A stretch of 43,457 bases of DNA, taken from assembly GCA_042217545.1 (NCBI GenBank), contig JBDGSM010000003.1, positions 1 through 43,457 of the forward strand. Direction: 5' to 3'. Made by a program: the position numbers and the translations under genes. Every line of letters begins with the position of its first letter. Positions within the stretch are counted from its first letter, which is position 1. Shown piece by piece: positions 34,631-43,457 of this stretch. A model generated the notes under the pieces. It ran no database searches, was not told the DNA's origin, and was given only the letters and a program-made list of their open reading frames with translations. This DNA is from Candidatus Nanohalobium sp. (GTDB lineage: Archaea; Nanohalarchaeota; Nanosalinia; Nanosalinales; Nanosalinaceae).

Positions 34631-35563
34631 TCAGTATGAGATGTCTATCTGGTCTGGTGTGGGGTTCCAGTCCTCTGTCCGGTTTGCGACTCCGAGTCTT
34701 TCTTCTTTCCAGAATCCTTCGAAGTTTCTGATTCCTTTTTCTCTGTAGGTATCTTCCATCTCCAGTTCATGTTTCAGCATCAACGCATCGTAGCTTTTCA
34801 CATCCATTTCGTTATCCGAGTGTTCCTCTCTGTAACTCTGTAAAAATTCGTGTGGTACATAAGCTGTTAATTCATCTCTCGGTACTTCGGAAACTTTTAC
34901 CTCGCCAAGAGAGCTGTATTCCTCGGTTTCCAAGGCCTCTATTTCATCTCTGGTCGGAGGTCTTCCTATATCTATCTGGTCCTTGATCGCGTCATAGTCA
35001 GTCCCGAAAACTACTTCATGGGCCTGGATGCCATCTTCAGGAATCTCATCCGACAAGTTCTCAAAGCCTCGGGTGTCTTCTTTCAGGCCTTTCAGAATCT
35101 TCGAGTTGTACGAGGCGCCTCTATCTTCTAAATCTTCTGGATCTTTCAGAGATTCGACGAAATCAACCAATCCATCTCTTTCCTCTATACCAGCTCCATA
35201 ATTCCTGTTAACGAAATCTGTAACTGTATCAACAGTATTTGGGTCCTGGTCCAGCGAGTAATGAAGGGCCCAGGCCGGAAGATAGGTAAGCGAGGCCTCG
35301 CTCTGTGTTCCGGTCTCGCCGGTCAAACGCGTATCTTCAGGGCTTCCACGGATTCCAACCTTCATAATCTTTTCCGCAGATTCGCCCCGGGTGCCATGGT
35401 AGAAATCGTTGCCATAATCCTCAAAATTATCCAGAAGTTCCTGTCCAATACTGACAAATCTGTCATTACCTGAGGCCTTACCAGATTCTATACGCTCTTC
35501 AAGACGCTGCTTTTCGGCCTCAAGGCCTTGGTTTTCAGAGTTTGAGGAAAACAAACCAACCAT
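34631..35563 (-). CDS. Hypothetical protein with ADP-ribosyltransferase-like (H-Y-E) motifs
   Basis: FYHGT....AEKIMKVGI, ASLT....ALHY, GEVKV..VP; ORF secure, function tentative. Confidence 0.55.
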   Translation of the reverse strand: MVGLFSSNSENQGLEAEKQRLEERIESGKASGNDRFVSIGQELLDNFEDYGNDFYHGTRGESAEKIMKVGIRGSPEDTRLTGETGTQSEASLTYLPAWALHYSLDQDPNTVDTVTDFVNRNYGAGIEERDGLVDFVESLKDPEDLEDRGASYNSKILKGLKEDTRGFENLSDEIPEDGIQAHEVVFGTDYDAIKDQIDIGRPPTRDEIEALETEEYSSLGEVKVSEVPRDELTAYVPHEFLQSYREEHSDNEMDVKSYDALMLKHELEMEDTYREKGIRNFEGFWKEERLGVANRTEDWNPTPDQIDISY

Positions 35564-35586
35564 ATACAGTATTTGTCACTCAAGAG

Positions 35587-36462
35587 TTATAACTGTTTTC
35601 CTGTGTCTCTGGTTTCTCGAAGCTTCCTGACTCTACTGTAGGGTGCTGTTACCTCTCCCAGGAAGTATTTATCAGATTCAGAGCCGTGACAGTCGCTGCC
35701 GCCGGTCTTGATTAGATCAAATTTTTCAGCTAATCTCGAGGCCTTTTTCACTCCAAAGTTAATCGTATAGGATCCCAGGCCTTTTTTCTGCTCGTAACTG
35801 TATTCGACTTCTATACCATCGAGGCTTTTCTCTACAAGTTTCTCTACGGTTTCGTCTGCATTTTCTTCAGTAAGAACTCTGCCAGGATGTGCAAGGCTTG
35901 TGACTCCACCGTTCCCATGAATCGTGTTTATGACTTTTTCAGCGGCTACTTTCTCCACAGGAACGTATTCATCATGTTCAGAACCTATAAACCTTTCAAA
36001 AGCTTCTTTCTCCGAGTTCACAAATCCTTTATCGATCAGAGCCTCTGCGAGATGAGGCCTGCCAACATTTCCCTCCGCTCTATCTAAAACATCCTCTAGT
36101 TCAAGGCCTAGATCATGTGAATCGTTAAGGTTCTCCACAAACTTTTCCATACGTTCCTCTCTCCTATCGGACAGTTCCTCGAGAAGCCCCTGTAACTCCT
36201 TTCTTTCTGGATCGAGGAAGTAACACAGAAGCTCTATTTTAAGGCCTTCTACCTGGCATTTTATCTCTGCACCAGTTATAACTTCAACGCCGTTCTCCGC
36301 AGTAAAAGACCGGGATTCAAGGCCTTCGTTGATTTTGTCGTGGTCTGTGATCGCTATTGCTTTGAGGCCTTTATCTTTTGCGTCTTTTATCCTTTCTTCG
36401 AGCGTGTCTGTGCCGTCGCTGGCTTTTGTATGCATGTGAAGGTCTACTTCTCTTTTTCTCAC
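35587..36462 (-). CDS. PHP-domain metallophosphoesterase (TrpH/YciV-like)
   Basis: DLHMHTKASDG, AITDHD, GAEI, GRPHLA, LAHPG, TGGSDCHG; GTG start 36462. Confidence 0.92.
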   Translation of the reverse strand: MRKREVDLHMHTKASDGTDTLEERIKDAKDKGLKAIAITDHDKINEGLESRSFTAENGVEVITGAEIKCQVEGLKIELLCYFLDPERKELQGLLEELSDRREERMEKFVENLNDSHDLGLELEDVLDRAEGNVGRPHLAEALIDKGFVNSEKEAFERFIGSEHDEYVPVEKVAAEKVINTIHGNGGVTSLAHPGRVLTEENADETVEKLVEKSLDGIEVEYSYEQKKGLGSYTINFGVKKASRLAEKFDLIKTGGSDCHGSESDKYFLGEVTAPYSRVRKLRETRDTGKQL

Positions 36463-36517
36463 TAATTTGTATGATCTTCTTAAAGGGTTAAATCTTTCAC
36501 ACCTTGTTTTCTTTCTG

Positions 36518-37099
36518 ATGAGTTCTGTAAGGATTCCGTCGGACGGCCATATCGAGGTTATCACCGGTTCAATGTTTTCAGGCAAGACCGAGGAACTGAT
36601 AAGAAGAATCACAAGAGCCGAGTTAGCCGGTCAAAAGGTCCAGGTGTACAAACCGGAGATCGATGACAGGTACAGCGAAACCGAGATCGGCTCCCACGAT
36701 GGCAGGAGCTGGGAGGCACAAGTGATAGCCAGCGACGATATGGAATCTCTGAAAGAAGCTGAAGCAGATGTTATAGCAGTAGATGAGGCAAATTTCTTCG
36801 AGGAAAATCTTGTTGAGGCCTCAGATGAACTTGCGGACTCGGGTAAACGTGTCATTATTTCAGGTATTGATCAAAACTTTAGAGGTGAACCTTTCAGGCC
36901 TTTACCGGAACTGATGGCTGCTGCAGAGTACGTCGAAAAGTTAAGGGCGATTTGCGCCCGGTGTGGGAAGCCTGCTACACGTAATCAGCGCTTGATCGAT
37001 GGTGAACCGGCTCATGTCGATGATCCGGAGGTCATGGTCGGTGCAAAAGAAAGTTATGAGGCCAGGTGCCGTGACTGTCACGAGCTGAGAACTGATTAG
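36518..37099 (+). CDS. tdk: Thymidine kinase
   Basis: GSMFSGKTEEL, VDEANFF, DQNFRGEPF, CARC...YEARCRDCH; start ATG 36518. Confidence 0.96.
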   Translation: MSSVRIPSDGHIEVITGSMFSGKTEELIRRITRAELAGQKVQVYKPEIDDRYSETEIGSHDGRSWEAQVIASDDMESLKEAEADVIAVDEANFFEENLVEASDELADSGKRVIISGIDQNFRGEPFRPLPELMAAAEYVEKLRAICARCGKPATRNQRLIDGEPAHVDDPEVMVGAKESYEARCRDCHELRTD

Positions 37100-37129
37100 A
37101 GATTTAAACACGGGATAATACAGAGTATT

Positions 37130-38023
37130 ATGGCTTTTCTCTGCGTCGATATAGGAGGAACGAACACACTCTTAGGTATAGGAAACGGCGGTTTTCAGGT
37201 AATAGAAAAATTTGATACAGAAAAATTTCTCAGAGACGTAAACGGCAAAGTCAACGAAGCACTGAACGATATAGATTACAGCAGAGACGAACTGGAAAAA
37301 GTTGCCGTCGCGGCAGCAGGCCCTATCGACAGGGAGGAGAAAACTTTCAGGCCTCCAAACTTCTCAAATTCGGGCCTCGGAGAAGTCGACCTGGGGGAAG
37401 CGTTCCAGGACTTCGGCGAGATCTACGTTGTCAATGATGGAACAGCCGCAGTCGTCGGTGAATACCATTACGGTGACCACGATGCGGAAAACCTGGTCTA
37501 CGTAACAATATCCAGCGGAATCGGAGCAGGAGTCATACTGGAAGGCAGAGTTATAGAGGCCTGGAACGGGAACTTCGGCGAAGTAGGCCACATGAAGATA
37601 AACGAGGAAGGCCCTGAATGCGGATGCGGAGGAACAGCACACTGGGAGGCCTACTCATCTGGAGATAACCTCCCTGAAATGGCTGAAGAACTTTTCGATG
37701 CCCAGTTCAACAGCGCTCTTGAAATATTCCGGGCATACCAGGACTACAGCTCTGTCGCCGAGAAAGTAATATCCAAGATGCATGAAGCCAATACGATAGG
37801 AGTTACAAATATAGCGAACGTCTTCAATCCTGAGAAAATCGTGTTCGGCGGCGCAATACCTCTCAATCATACTGCTATGATCCTTGAACCCTTGAGAAAC
37901 GAAGTTAAGAGAGAATCAATCAACAGGCCTCCAGAGATCGAGCTTTGTGATCTCGAGGAGTACTCTGTGCTTCATGGTCTCCGCGCAGTATGCAACGGAG
38001 AGTTTAAGCCATCCCAGCTCTAA
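37130..38023 (+). CDS. ROK family sugar kinase (glucokinase-like)
   Basis: DIGGT, VNDG, TISSGIGAG, GEVGH, CGCGGTAHWEAYSSG. Confidence 0.92.
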   Translation: MAFLCVDIGGTNTLLGIGNGGFQVIEKFDTEKFLRDVNGKVNEALNDIDYSRDELEKVAVAAAGPIDREEKTFRPPNFSNSGLGEVDLGEAFQDFGEIYVVNDGTAAVVGEYHYGDHDAENLVYVTISSGIGAGVILEGRVIEAWNGNFGEVGHMKINEEGPECGCGGTAHWEAYSSGDNLPEMAEELFDAQFNSALEIFRAYQDYSSVAEKVISKMHEANTIGVTNIANVFNPEKIVFGGAIPLNHTAMILEPLRNEVKRESINRPPEIELCDLEEYSVLHGLRAVCNGEFKPSQL

Positions 38024-38032
38024 GGCCTTTAC

Positions 38033-38503
38033 ATGGGAGACTTCCGCGAACACGTACTGTTCGGATTTTTCACGGCTTCGGTAGTCTCTTTCATACTACG
38101 TGGCTACATCGCTTTGAACAAAACAGAGCTACTTCTCTCCGTATTAATGCTTGTGATAGGATCTATACTGCCTGATATCGACCATAAAAAATCTTATGTT
38201 CACAGGGCGGCTAAGGCTTTTGCCAGCGTTGGTTTTGCATCTCTTTCGCTGGTCTTGCTACCTTTCCCGGTCTACGTGAACTTTGTCTTCGCTGCCGCTG
38301 TGTTCCTTATGATATACACATCTATTTCAAGCATGAAGATTACTCACAGAGGATTTACTCACAGCATCAGCTTCTGTACGGTAGTTACTTCTCTGGCTGT
38401 CCTGGGCTCCAGCTATATTTACTCTTCTGCAGTTCCAGGCCTTGCGATAGGTCTTGGTATCTTCTCTCACCTGATGCTTGACAGAGAGTTCAAGTTCTCC
38501 TGA
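38033..38503 (+). CDS. Membrane-bound metal-dependent hydrolase (YdjM-like)
   Basis: H..., LPDIDH, HRGFTHS, SHLMLD. Confidence 0.88.
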   Translation: MGDFREHVLFGFFTASVVSFILRGYIALNKTELLLSVLMLVIGSILPDIDHKKSYVHRAAKAFASVGFASLSLVLLPFPVYVNFVFAAAVFLMIYTSISSMKITHRGFTHSISFCTVVTSLAVLGSSYIYSSAVPGLAIGLGIFSHLMLDREFKFS

Positions 38504-38505
38504 AC

Positions 38506-38964
38506 CTATTCCTTGACGTCAGCTACGTCTCCAAGTGTCGCTTTTCTGTCGTCGCCGGTGTCACGGTCGTCATAGTCCGAGACTTCCGCGTTGACGTAAA
38601 GTTCGATGCCGAACTTCTTCTCAAGCTTGCCTGCAAGGCTTTTCTCCGGCTTCAGCTTCTCCTGCTCGATCTTCTTCAAAAGCGAAGTTTTCTCGTTCAG
38701 TTCATCACTGAGCTCCTGTATAGAGAGCTGTTCATCTTCCCTGGCACTCTTGACCAGTTCGCCATAGTTTTTTGCAAGCGACTTGGTTTCCCTCTTTCTG
38801 CTCCGTGATCTTCGCTTCTTCTTTTTCTTCTTGACGTTCTTTGAAGGTGTTTCCACCTTTTCTCCCAGCTCAGCGCAGGAGTCACAGACATCAAGCTTTG
38901 CTCCTTCGATTTTGGTCTTGGTTAGAGAGTCGGTATCCTGACCGCATAGTTCACATGATGGCAT
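38506..38964 (-). CDS. mbf1: Multiprotein bridging factor aMBF1
   Basis: MPSCELCG...IEGAKLDVCDSC Zn ribbon plus HTH, TLGDVA tail; start ATG 38964. Confidence 0.93.
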   Translation of the reverse strand: MPSCELCGQDTDSLTKTKIEGAKLDVCDSCAELGEKVETPSKNVKKKKKKRRSRSRKRETKSLAKNYGELVKSAREDEQLSIQELSDELNEKTSLLKKIEQEKLKPEKSLAGKLEKKFGIELYVNAEVSDYDDRDTGDDRKATLGDVADVKE

Positions 38965-39121
38965 TTTTGGGTTCACAGAAAATTTGGTGAAAAGTTCTTT
39001 TTTCTCATTTGAGATCCAAAGTTTGCTTCAAATTTTAATTCCCAGTAAACAGTTAAATAATGGCCTGTCGCGGGGTAAAAACCTTACGACCGAGGAAGCA
39101 TTTTCCCTCTCTCGAAAGGCC

Positions 39122-39742
39122 TTACTTGACTTCAACAGTCTCCTCTTCACTGTCAAAGGATCCCAGGTGATTCAAAGCGATACCGTAGATCAGTGTGGAG
39201 GCGGATACGGCGAGAAGACCTACGCCCAGGAACAGGAAGAACTGTTCCAGCCCCATGCCGTGAGAGGCCTCGGCGGCTTTCTGTGCTGTGGTATTGGCTG
39301 CTTCTCTTGTAGCATTCGCTGCATCCATTGCTTTGAAAGTTTCCATCTGGCCGCCTCCTGCCTGTGGTGAGGCCTTTGGCGCGGCTTTAACTGCTTCTCC
39401 TGCTGTCTTCCTTGCGAAGTCTTTCCAGATCAGGAATGTTCCTGCTACAGCGGTCAGTACCGAGGAACCTATGGAGAACTTGACCTTTCGTTCTTTACCG
39501 TTGACTATGGCATCTGCCTTCCTGGTCGGGCTGTAGACTACGCGTCTGCGGCCTTTTTTCTGATCTTTCTCGACCAGGCCTGCCTCTGTCAGTTCCTTGA
39601 GATGGGAGGAGATCGTGGATTTTGACCTGTCCAGTTCCTCGCTTAACTGCGTCGTCGTTGATTCTTTTTCAAGCACCCTCCTCAGGATCTTCAACCTGGT
39701 CGGCGAGGAAAGAGCTCTGATAGATTTGAAGTCTATTTCCAT
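39122..39742 (-). CDS. ArsR-type HTH regulator with two C-terminal TM helices
   Basis: RALSSPTRLKIL, SKSTISSHLKELTEAGLV; hydrophobic SSVLTAVAGTFLIW and FFLFLGVGLLAVSASTLIYGIAL. Confidence 0.85.
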   Translation of the reverse strand: MEIDFKSIRALSSPTRLKILRRVLEKESTTTQLSEELDRSKSTISSHLKELTEAGLVEKDQKKGRRRVVYSPTRKADAIVNGKERKVKFSIGSSVLTAVAGTFLIWKDFARKTAGEAVKAAPKASPQAGGGQMETFKAMDAANATREAANTTAQKAAEASHGMGLEQFFLFLGVGLLAVSASTLIYGIALNHLGSFDSEEETVEVK

Positions 39743-39783
39743 GAAAGGTTTTGAGTTGGAAAGGATTTTTTAGCTTAGGCCTC

Positions 39784-39803
39784 TGTTCGGGGAAATCCGA
39801 ACA
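39784..39803. promoter_or_regulatory. Inverted repeat TGTTCGG-N6-CCGAACA
   Basis: Perfect 7-bp arms in the divergent region between the ArsR-type gene and the histone gene. Confidence 0.5.
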
Positions 39804-39930
39804 TTTTTTATTGAGGGATCATAACTTTTGGGGAGATTATCCGTTATCAGAACTTGATGAGGAGTTTTTCCCGGTTAAATCCCCGTACCTATAAAAAAGA
39901 GCCTTTACAATCCTTTGTTGGTGAATTAAC

Positions 39931-40098
39931 ATGGTAGACGTACTAAAGAAGTCTGGCGTCCGTGACGCTGCAGATGGCGTCAATGTTGGAAGCGACTTCT
40001 ACAACGCTCTAGACGACGAAGTCAAGCGACTCGTCGAAAGAGCAGTAGAAAGAGCTCAGGAAAACGGACGAAAGACTGTAAAGGCAAGAGACGTATAA
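39931..40098 (+). CDS. Small histone-fold protein (DUF1931-like, 55 aa)
   Basis: Below ORF-track cutoff: MVDVLKKSGVRDAADGVNVGSDFYNALDDEVKRLVERAVERAQENGRKTVKARDV*; RKTVxxxD histone signature; SD GGTGA at 39920, TATAAAAA at ~39890, T-tract downstream. Confidence 0.92.
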   Translation: MVDVLKKSGVRDAADGVNVGSDFYNALDDEVKRLVERAVERAQENGRKTVKARDV

Positions 40099-40136
40099 AA
40101 ACGTCTCAAAACCACTTATTTTTCTCTTTTTGTTTT

Positions 40137-40364
40137 CTAAAGCTCTTCCTGTCTACGTTCCTGTTCCTTGAAGAATGCTTCTGCACGTTCAAGGCCTTCC
40201 TTCAGTTCCTCGACCGTTCTCAGGTTCTCGATCGGCAGTCTTCCAAGATCTCCGTCGTCGATATCGATCACTACTTTACCGTTCCGGTGCTTGAACCTGA
40301 ATGTCATCATGTCGTGAGGCCCTTCTGTGAACTCGAAAAGTATCTCGTCGTCTGATTCTGTCAT
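40137..40364 (-). CDS. Hypothetical small acidic protein
   Basis: 75-aa ORF with typical codon usage, downstream of the phosphohexomutase gene. Confidence 0.65.
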   Translation of the reverse strand: MTESDDEILFEFTEGPHDMMTFRFKHRNGKVVIDIDDGDLGRLPIENLRTVEELKEGLERAEAFFKEQERRQEEL

Positions 40365-40389
40365 AGGAAATAATTGTACAGCGCCTGTT

Positions 40390-41703
40390 TTATGGGTTCT
40401 GGACGAGCTGCCTCACAGTGGCGATATCCCGCGTAACCTTCTTCTCCGAATCAGCCTGGATGATAACACGTATTTTCTCGGAGGAGCCTGAAGGCCTCAC
40501 AAGGACATCGCAGCGATCAGTACGGAACTTTACGCCATCCACTTCCGATAAAACTTCGTACTTCTCTTTGATCTTCTGCTCCAGCTCCTGCATCTTCGCC
40601 TCCCGGTCGTCAACTTTCACACTGAAACGTTCAACGCTGTAATCCGGCAGTTCCTCAAGACCTTCCTCCAGGTCCGTCCCTGCGAGCACCAGCGCTGTCA
40701 GGATGCCGGAGTTGTAGGGCAGGAACTCCAGGAATGCGTAGTGGCCGTTTGGTTCGCCTGCGAGATCCACGTCCTCCTCAAGTGCTTTTTCCATGACAAA
40801 GGGATCGCCTACACGTGTGTAGAACACCTCTCTGTTGATATCGTTCAGGTACTCCTCAAGGCCTCTGGCGGTATCTATAGATGCCACGACATCGCTTCTG
40901 GTCGCCTGCGCCATCAGCCCGAATACCTCGTAGCCTGACAGGAACCTGCCGTTGTAGTAAGCTGTCAGACGATCTCCATCCATATCCGTTGCTATTCCCA
41001 GGTCTGCATCCTCCTCTTCCACACGTTTCTCTAGTTCTTCAAGGTTCTCCGGCTTCGGGTTCGGAGGATCCCTGTACGGATGTTCATCTTTCTCTGCCGA
41101 TATTTCGATCACTTCAACGCCTATATCGCGGAGAAGCTGTGGCAAAAGTTCCTTCGTGGCGCCGCCCAGAGAGTCAACGACTATCCTGGCGTTAACCCTT
41201 CTGCTTCCGAGTCTTGAACCTCTCATCCTGACCCTGTCGCGGTAACGCTGCTTCATCGTCTTCTCCATGCCGCGGTAAGATCCTTCGCCCCGGGAGAAAT
41301 CCCTTTCCCGGAAGATCTCCTTCACTTCATCCAGATCCTCGTTCACAAAACCATTGCCCTCAGGATACATCAGCTTGAAACCGTTGAATCTCAGAGGCAT
41401 ATGCGAGGAAGTTACCTGGACAGAAACCGCAGAATGCTCCTTACCGGAGAAACCAGCGTAATCTGTAGGCCCCATACCGACATCGATAACCTTGACACCA
41501 GAAGACTTCAGGCCCGAGATCAGGGCCTCCTTAAGAGCTTTAGAGCTCTCCTTGTTGTCGCGACAGACGATCACTCTCCCTGAAAACTCCATCTTGGAGA
41601 AAGTGCCGACCGACTTTCCCAGGAGCTCCGCAAAGGCCTCATCGATCTCCCCGGGATGCTCTCCGCGTATATCATATCTTCTGAAAACGTTTTCAGGCCT
41701 CAA
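40390..41703 (-). CDS. Phosphomannomutase/phosphoglucomutase (alpha-D-phosphohexomutase)
   Basis: FRRYDIRG, TSSHMP, DMDGDR, GEPNGH, VRPSGS. Confidence 0.92.
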   Translation of the reverse strand: MRPENVFRRYDIRGEHPGEIDEAFAELLGKSVGTFSKMEFSGRVIVCRDNKESSKALKEALISGLKSSGVKVIDVGMGPTDYAGFSGKEHSAVSVQVTSSHMPLRFNGFKLMYPEGNGFVNEDLDEVKEIFRERDFSRGEGSYRGMEKTMKQRYRDRVRMRGSRLGSRRVNARIVVDSLGGATKELLPQLLRDIGVEVIEISAEKDEHPYRDPPNPKPENLEELEKRVEEEDADLGIATDMDGDRLTAYYNGRFLSGYEVFGLMAQATRSDVVASIDTARGLEEYLNDINREVFYTRVGDPFVMEKALEEDVDLAGEPNGHYAFLEFLPYNSGILTALVLAGTDLEEGLEELPDYSVERFSVKVDDREAKMQELEQKIKEKYEVLSEVDGVKFRTDRCDVLVRPSGSSEKIRVIIQADSEKKVTRDIATVRQLVQNP

Positions 41704-42190
41704 AACTCCTCACCTTCTCGATGACATCCTCCAGAGAGCTCTCATCTCGGTCAAAAACTATTCCGGGGAGGCCTGAACGTTCCAGTTCCTCTTCACGGTC
41801 GTCTACAAGGAAATCGATCCCGTCAACGTTTTTCGGAGCGTTCTGAACGATGAAGAGCTGGTCGAAGAGCCTGTTCGCGCCGGAGGCCTTCACCCTCTCC
41901 TTCTGGAAACGTTCCTCACCCCGCGTTACGATCACAATTTCATGGTCTGGTTTCAGCTTCCTCAGCTCGTCGATGTCAGGATAGAGAAACCTGTTGACGC
42001 CTTTAACTGCGTCGTATACTTCTTCAACATCTATTCCACAGGCCTCCGCATGTTTCTCTGGGGAGTAACAGCCTTCGCTGTCGTAGATATCTGCATCAAC
42101 GTGATGAAGGCCTGCCTGTTCTTTAATGTATTCGTTAAACTCGTCGGTCCTGAACAGCACCCGGTCGAAGTCGAAACCTATCTTCATCAT
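41693..42190 (-). CDS. HAD-superfamily protein
   Basis: IGFDFDRVL, IVTRG, K, FLVDDREEE. Confidence 0.8.
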   Translation of the reverse strand: MMKIGFDFDRVLFRTDEFNEYIKEQAGLHHVDADIYDSEGCYSPEKHAEACGIDVEEVYDAVKGVNRFLYPDIDELRKLKPDHEIVIVTRGEERFQKERVKASGANRLFDQLFIVQNAPKNVDGIDFLVDDREEELERSGLPGIVFDRDESSLEDVIEKVRSFEA

Positions 42191-43455
42191 CTCTCACCCT
42201 GTTTTCTTACCTGCTCCTGGTCCACGTATACTGTTTCGCCGTTCTCAACGTTTTCATGTACTACTGTTGCAGGTCCAATCCTTGCCTCGCTGCCCACCTG
42301 TATTCCGGGCATAAGGGAGACGTTAACACCTATATCGACGTTCTCTCCTATGACTGCGCCCATGAATCTTCTTCCGGTCTCTTTCTCGTAGTCCTTTCCA
42401 AGCAGGTCTGAACTGATTTCAGGCCGCCCATCTTCTCTTCGGAACTTCCTGTTTGCTGTTATTGTTCCTGCACCGATCTTCGAGTTTCTCCCGATTATAG
42501 AGTCTCCTATGAAGCCTGAATGCATGGAGCTGCCTGGCTGGAAGACTGAGGCCTTGACCTCGCTGTTTGCGCCTACTGTGGCGCCTTTCTCCACGGCCAC
42601 GTGATCCCTCAGTAGCGAATTGTTTCCTACTGTCGCGTTTTCACCTATGTAGGCCGGTCCTTTTATCACGGCGTTCTCGTAGATAGTAGCATCGTCTTCC
42701 ACTATAACATTTCCTTTTATCTGCGCTGAGTCGGCTATGGAGGCCTTTTCGGATATGTTTCTGTCCTGCTGTTCCATGAGTTCTTCCAGTACTGAGAAAA
42801 GATCCCATGGATACTTGATGGAGTTCGTCTCCTCACCTATTCTAAGCACGGAGGCAGGCTCTCCGCTCATCTGTTCGCTTAATGCGTCCTCGTACTGGTA
42901 CTCCCAGGTCTCCACCTGGTCCAGGTAGTCGAAGAACTCCTCGTTCAGGAGGTACATTCCTACAACTTTCTGGTCGCTTGGAGCATCCTCGGGCCCGGGT
43001 TTCTCCACTAGGTCTACCGCCTGTCCCTCGTCGTCCAGTTCAAGTATGCCGTACTTCTCCGGCTCATCGGTCGGGGTGGAGACGAAAACTGTCTCCGCAT
43101 CCTCCTCTTCCGCTTTCTCTATCATCGGCTGGAAAAACTGTGCGGCATTTGCCCGGTAAGGAGTCAATACCAGGAACTTCCTGTCCAGAAGATCTTCGGC
43201 CTGTCGAAGAGCGTCGCCCATCCCTTTCGGCTCCTCCTGCACAACGTAGTGATCCGCAGCAGAGCCCAGGGCCTTCTCCATTTCCTCTCCCCGGCCCTGA
43301 ACAACTATCACTTCCTCTACACCGGCGTTCCTCAGCTCCTCTATAGTATGCTCTATTATAGGCTTTCCAAGGACCTGTGTAAGGCCTTTATGCCGGTTGT
43401 CGCTCAACGGCCTGAACCTGCTGGATTCACCTGCTGCGAGGATTACGGCTTTCAT
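42187..43455 (-). CDS. glmU: Bifunctional sugar-1-phosphate nucleotidylyltransferase/acetyltransferase (archaeal GlmU-like)
   Basis: AVILAAGESSRFRPL, EKP, YPWDL, left-handed hexapeptide repeats, GAGTITAN, GAVIGENVDIGVN. Confidence 0.85.
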   Translation of the reverse strand: MKAVILAAGESSRFRPLSDNRHKGLTQVLGKPIIEHTIEELRNAGVEEVIVVQGRGEEMEKALGSAADHYVVQEEPKGMGDALRQAEDLLDRKFLVLTPYRANAAQFFQPMIEKAEEEDAETVFVSTPTDEPEKYGILELDDEGQAVDLVEKPGPEDAPSDQKVVGMYLLNEEFFDYLDQVETWEYQYEDALSEQMSGEPASVLRIGEETNSIKYPWDLFSVLEELMEQQDRNISEKASIADSAQIKGNVIVEDDATIYENAVIKGPAYIGENATVGNNSLLRDHVAVEKGATVGANSEVKASVFQPGSSMHSGFIGDSIIGRNSKIGAGTITANRKFRREDGRPEISSDLLGKDYEKETGRRFMGAVIGENVDIGVNVSLMPGIQVGSEARIGPATVVHENVENGETVYVDQEQVRKQGER

Positions 43456-43457
43456 AG

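Noticed and set aside
38977..39040. Additional hairpin-family unit upstream of mbf1 (CAGAAAATTTG...CAAATTTT)
   Set aside because: Arms about 40 nt apart in AT-rich DNA; too weak to count.
39830..39890. Box C/D sRNA (TGATGA near 39855)
   Set aside because: No downstream CTGA box D at a suitable distance.
850..43346. Many short ORFs in the track overlapping longer genes (e.g. 850..1107, 9731..10444, 18981..19679, 29906..30655, 31923..32348)
   Set aside because: Antisense or off-frame shadows of well-supported genes with no recognisable motifs.

Overview
Gene-dense archaeal chromosomal segment. Short intergenic spacers, very acidic cytoplasmic proteins and archaeal markers (AglB, NAC, MBF1, SecF-SecD, histone fold, SAMP, PRC-barrel, tRNA-Ser without CCA) point to a halophilic DPANN archaeon, probably Nanohaloarchaeota; this placement is inference. 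The first ~11.4 kb is a glycan-modification island: flippase, GT4, five cytoplasmic alkaline-phosphatase/sulfatase-superfamily enzymes, a CysD-type ATP sulfurylase, DUF2061, two small RHH proteins and a VapBC pair with a broken second copy. The rest holds three paralogous lipoproteins, sugar-nucleotide enzymes, aglB-aglH, secFD and housekeeping genes. Main observations: (1) the palindrome AGGCCT is highly iterated (about 145 copies by eye versus about 10 expected), HIP-like; (2) a family of short CGAA..TTCTG hairpin repeats sits in-frame inside genes, at gene junctions (creating bridging mini-ORFs) and beside a tRNA 3' duplication; (3) a candidate sulfo-transfer system linked by a shared C-terminal L-x-x-L-G-Y tail; (4) extracellular domains are basic or neutral while cytoplasmic proteins are acidic. 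Features missing from the ORF track were recovered by hand: flippase, SAMP with an apparent ATC start, histone, LAGLIDADG remnant, tRNA. All family calls come from motif recognition by eye, not database searches.
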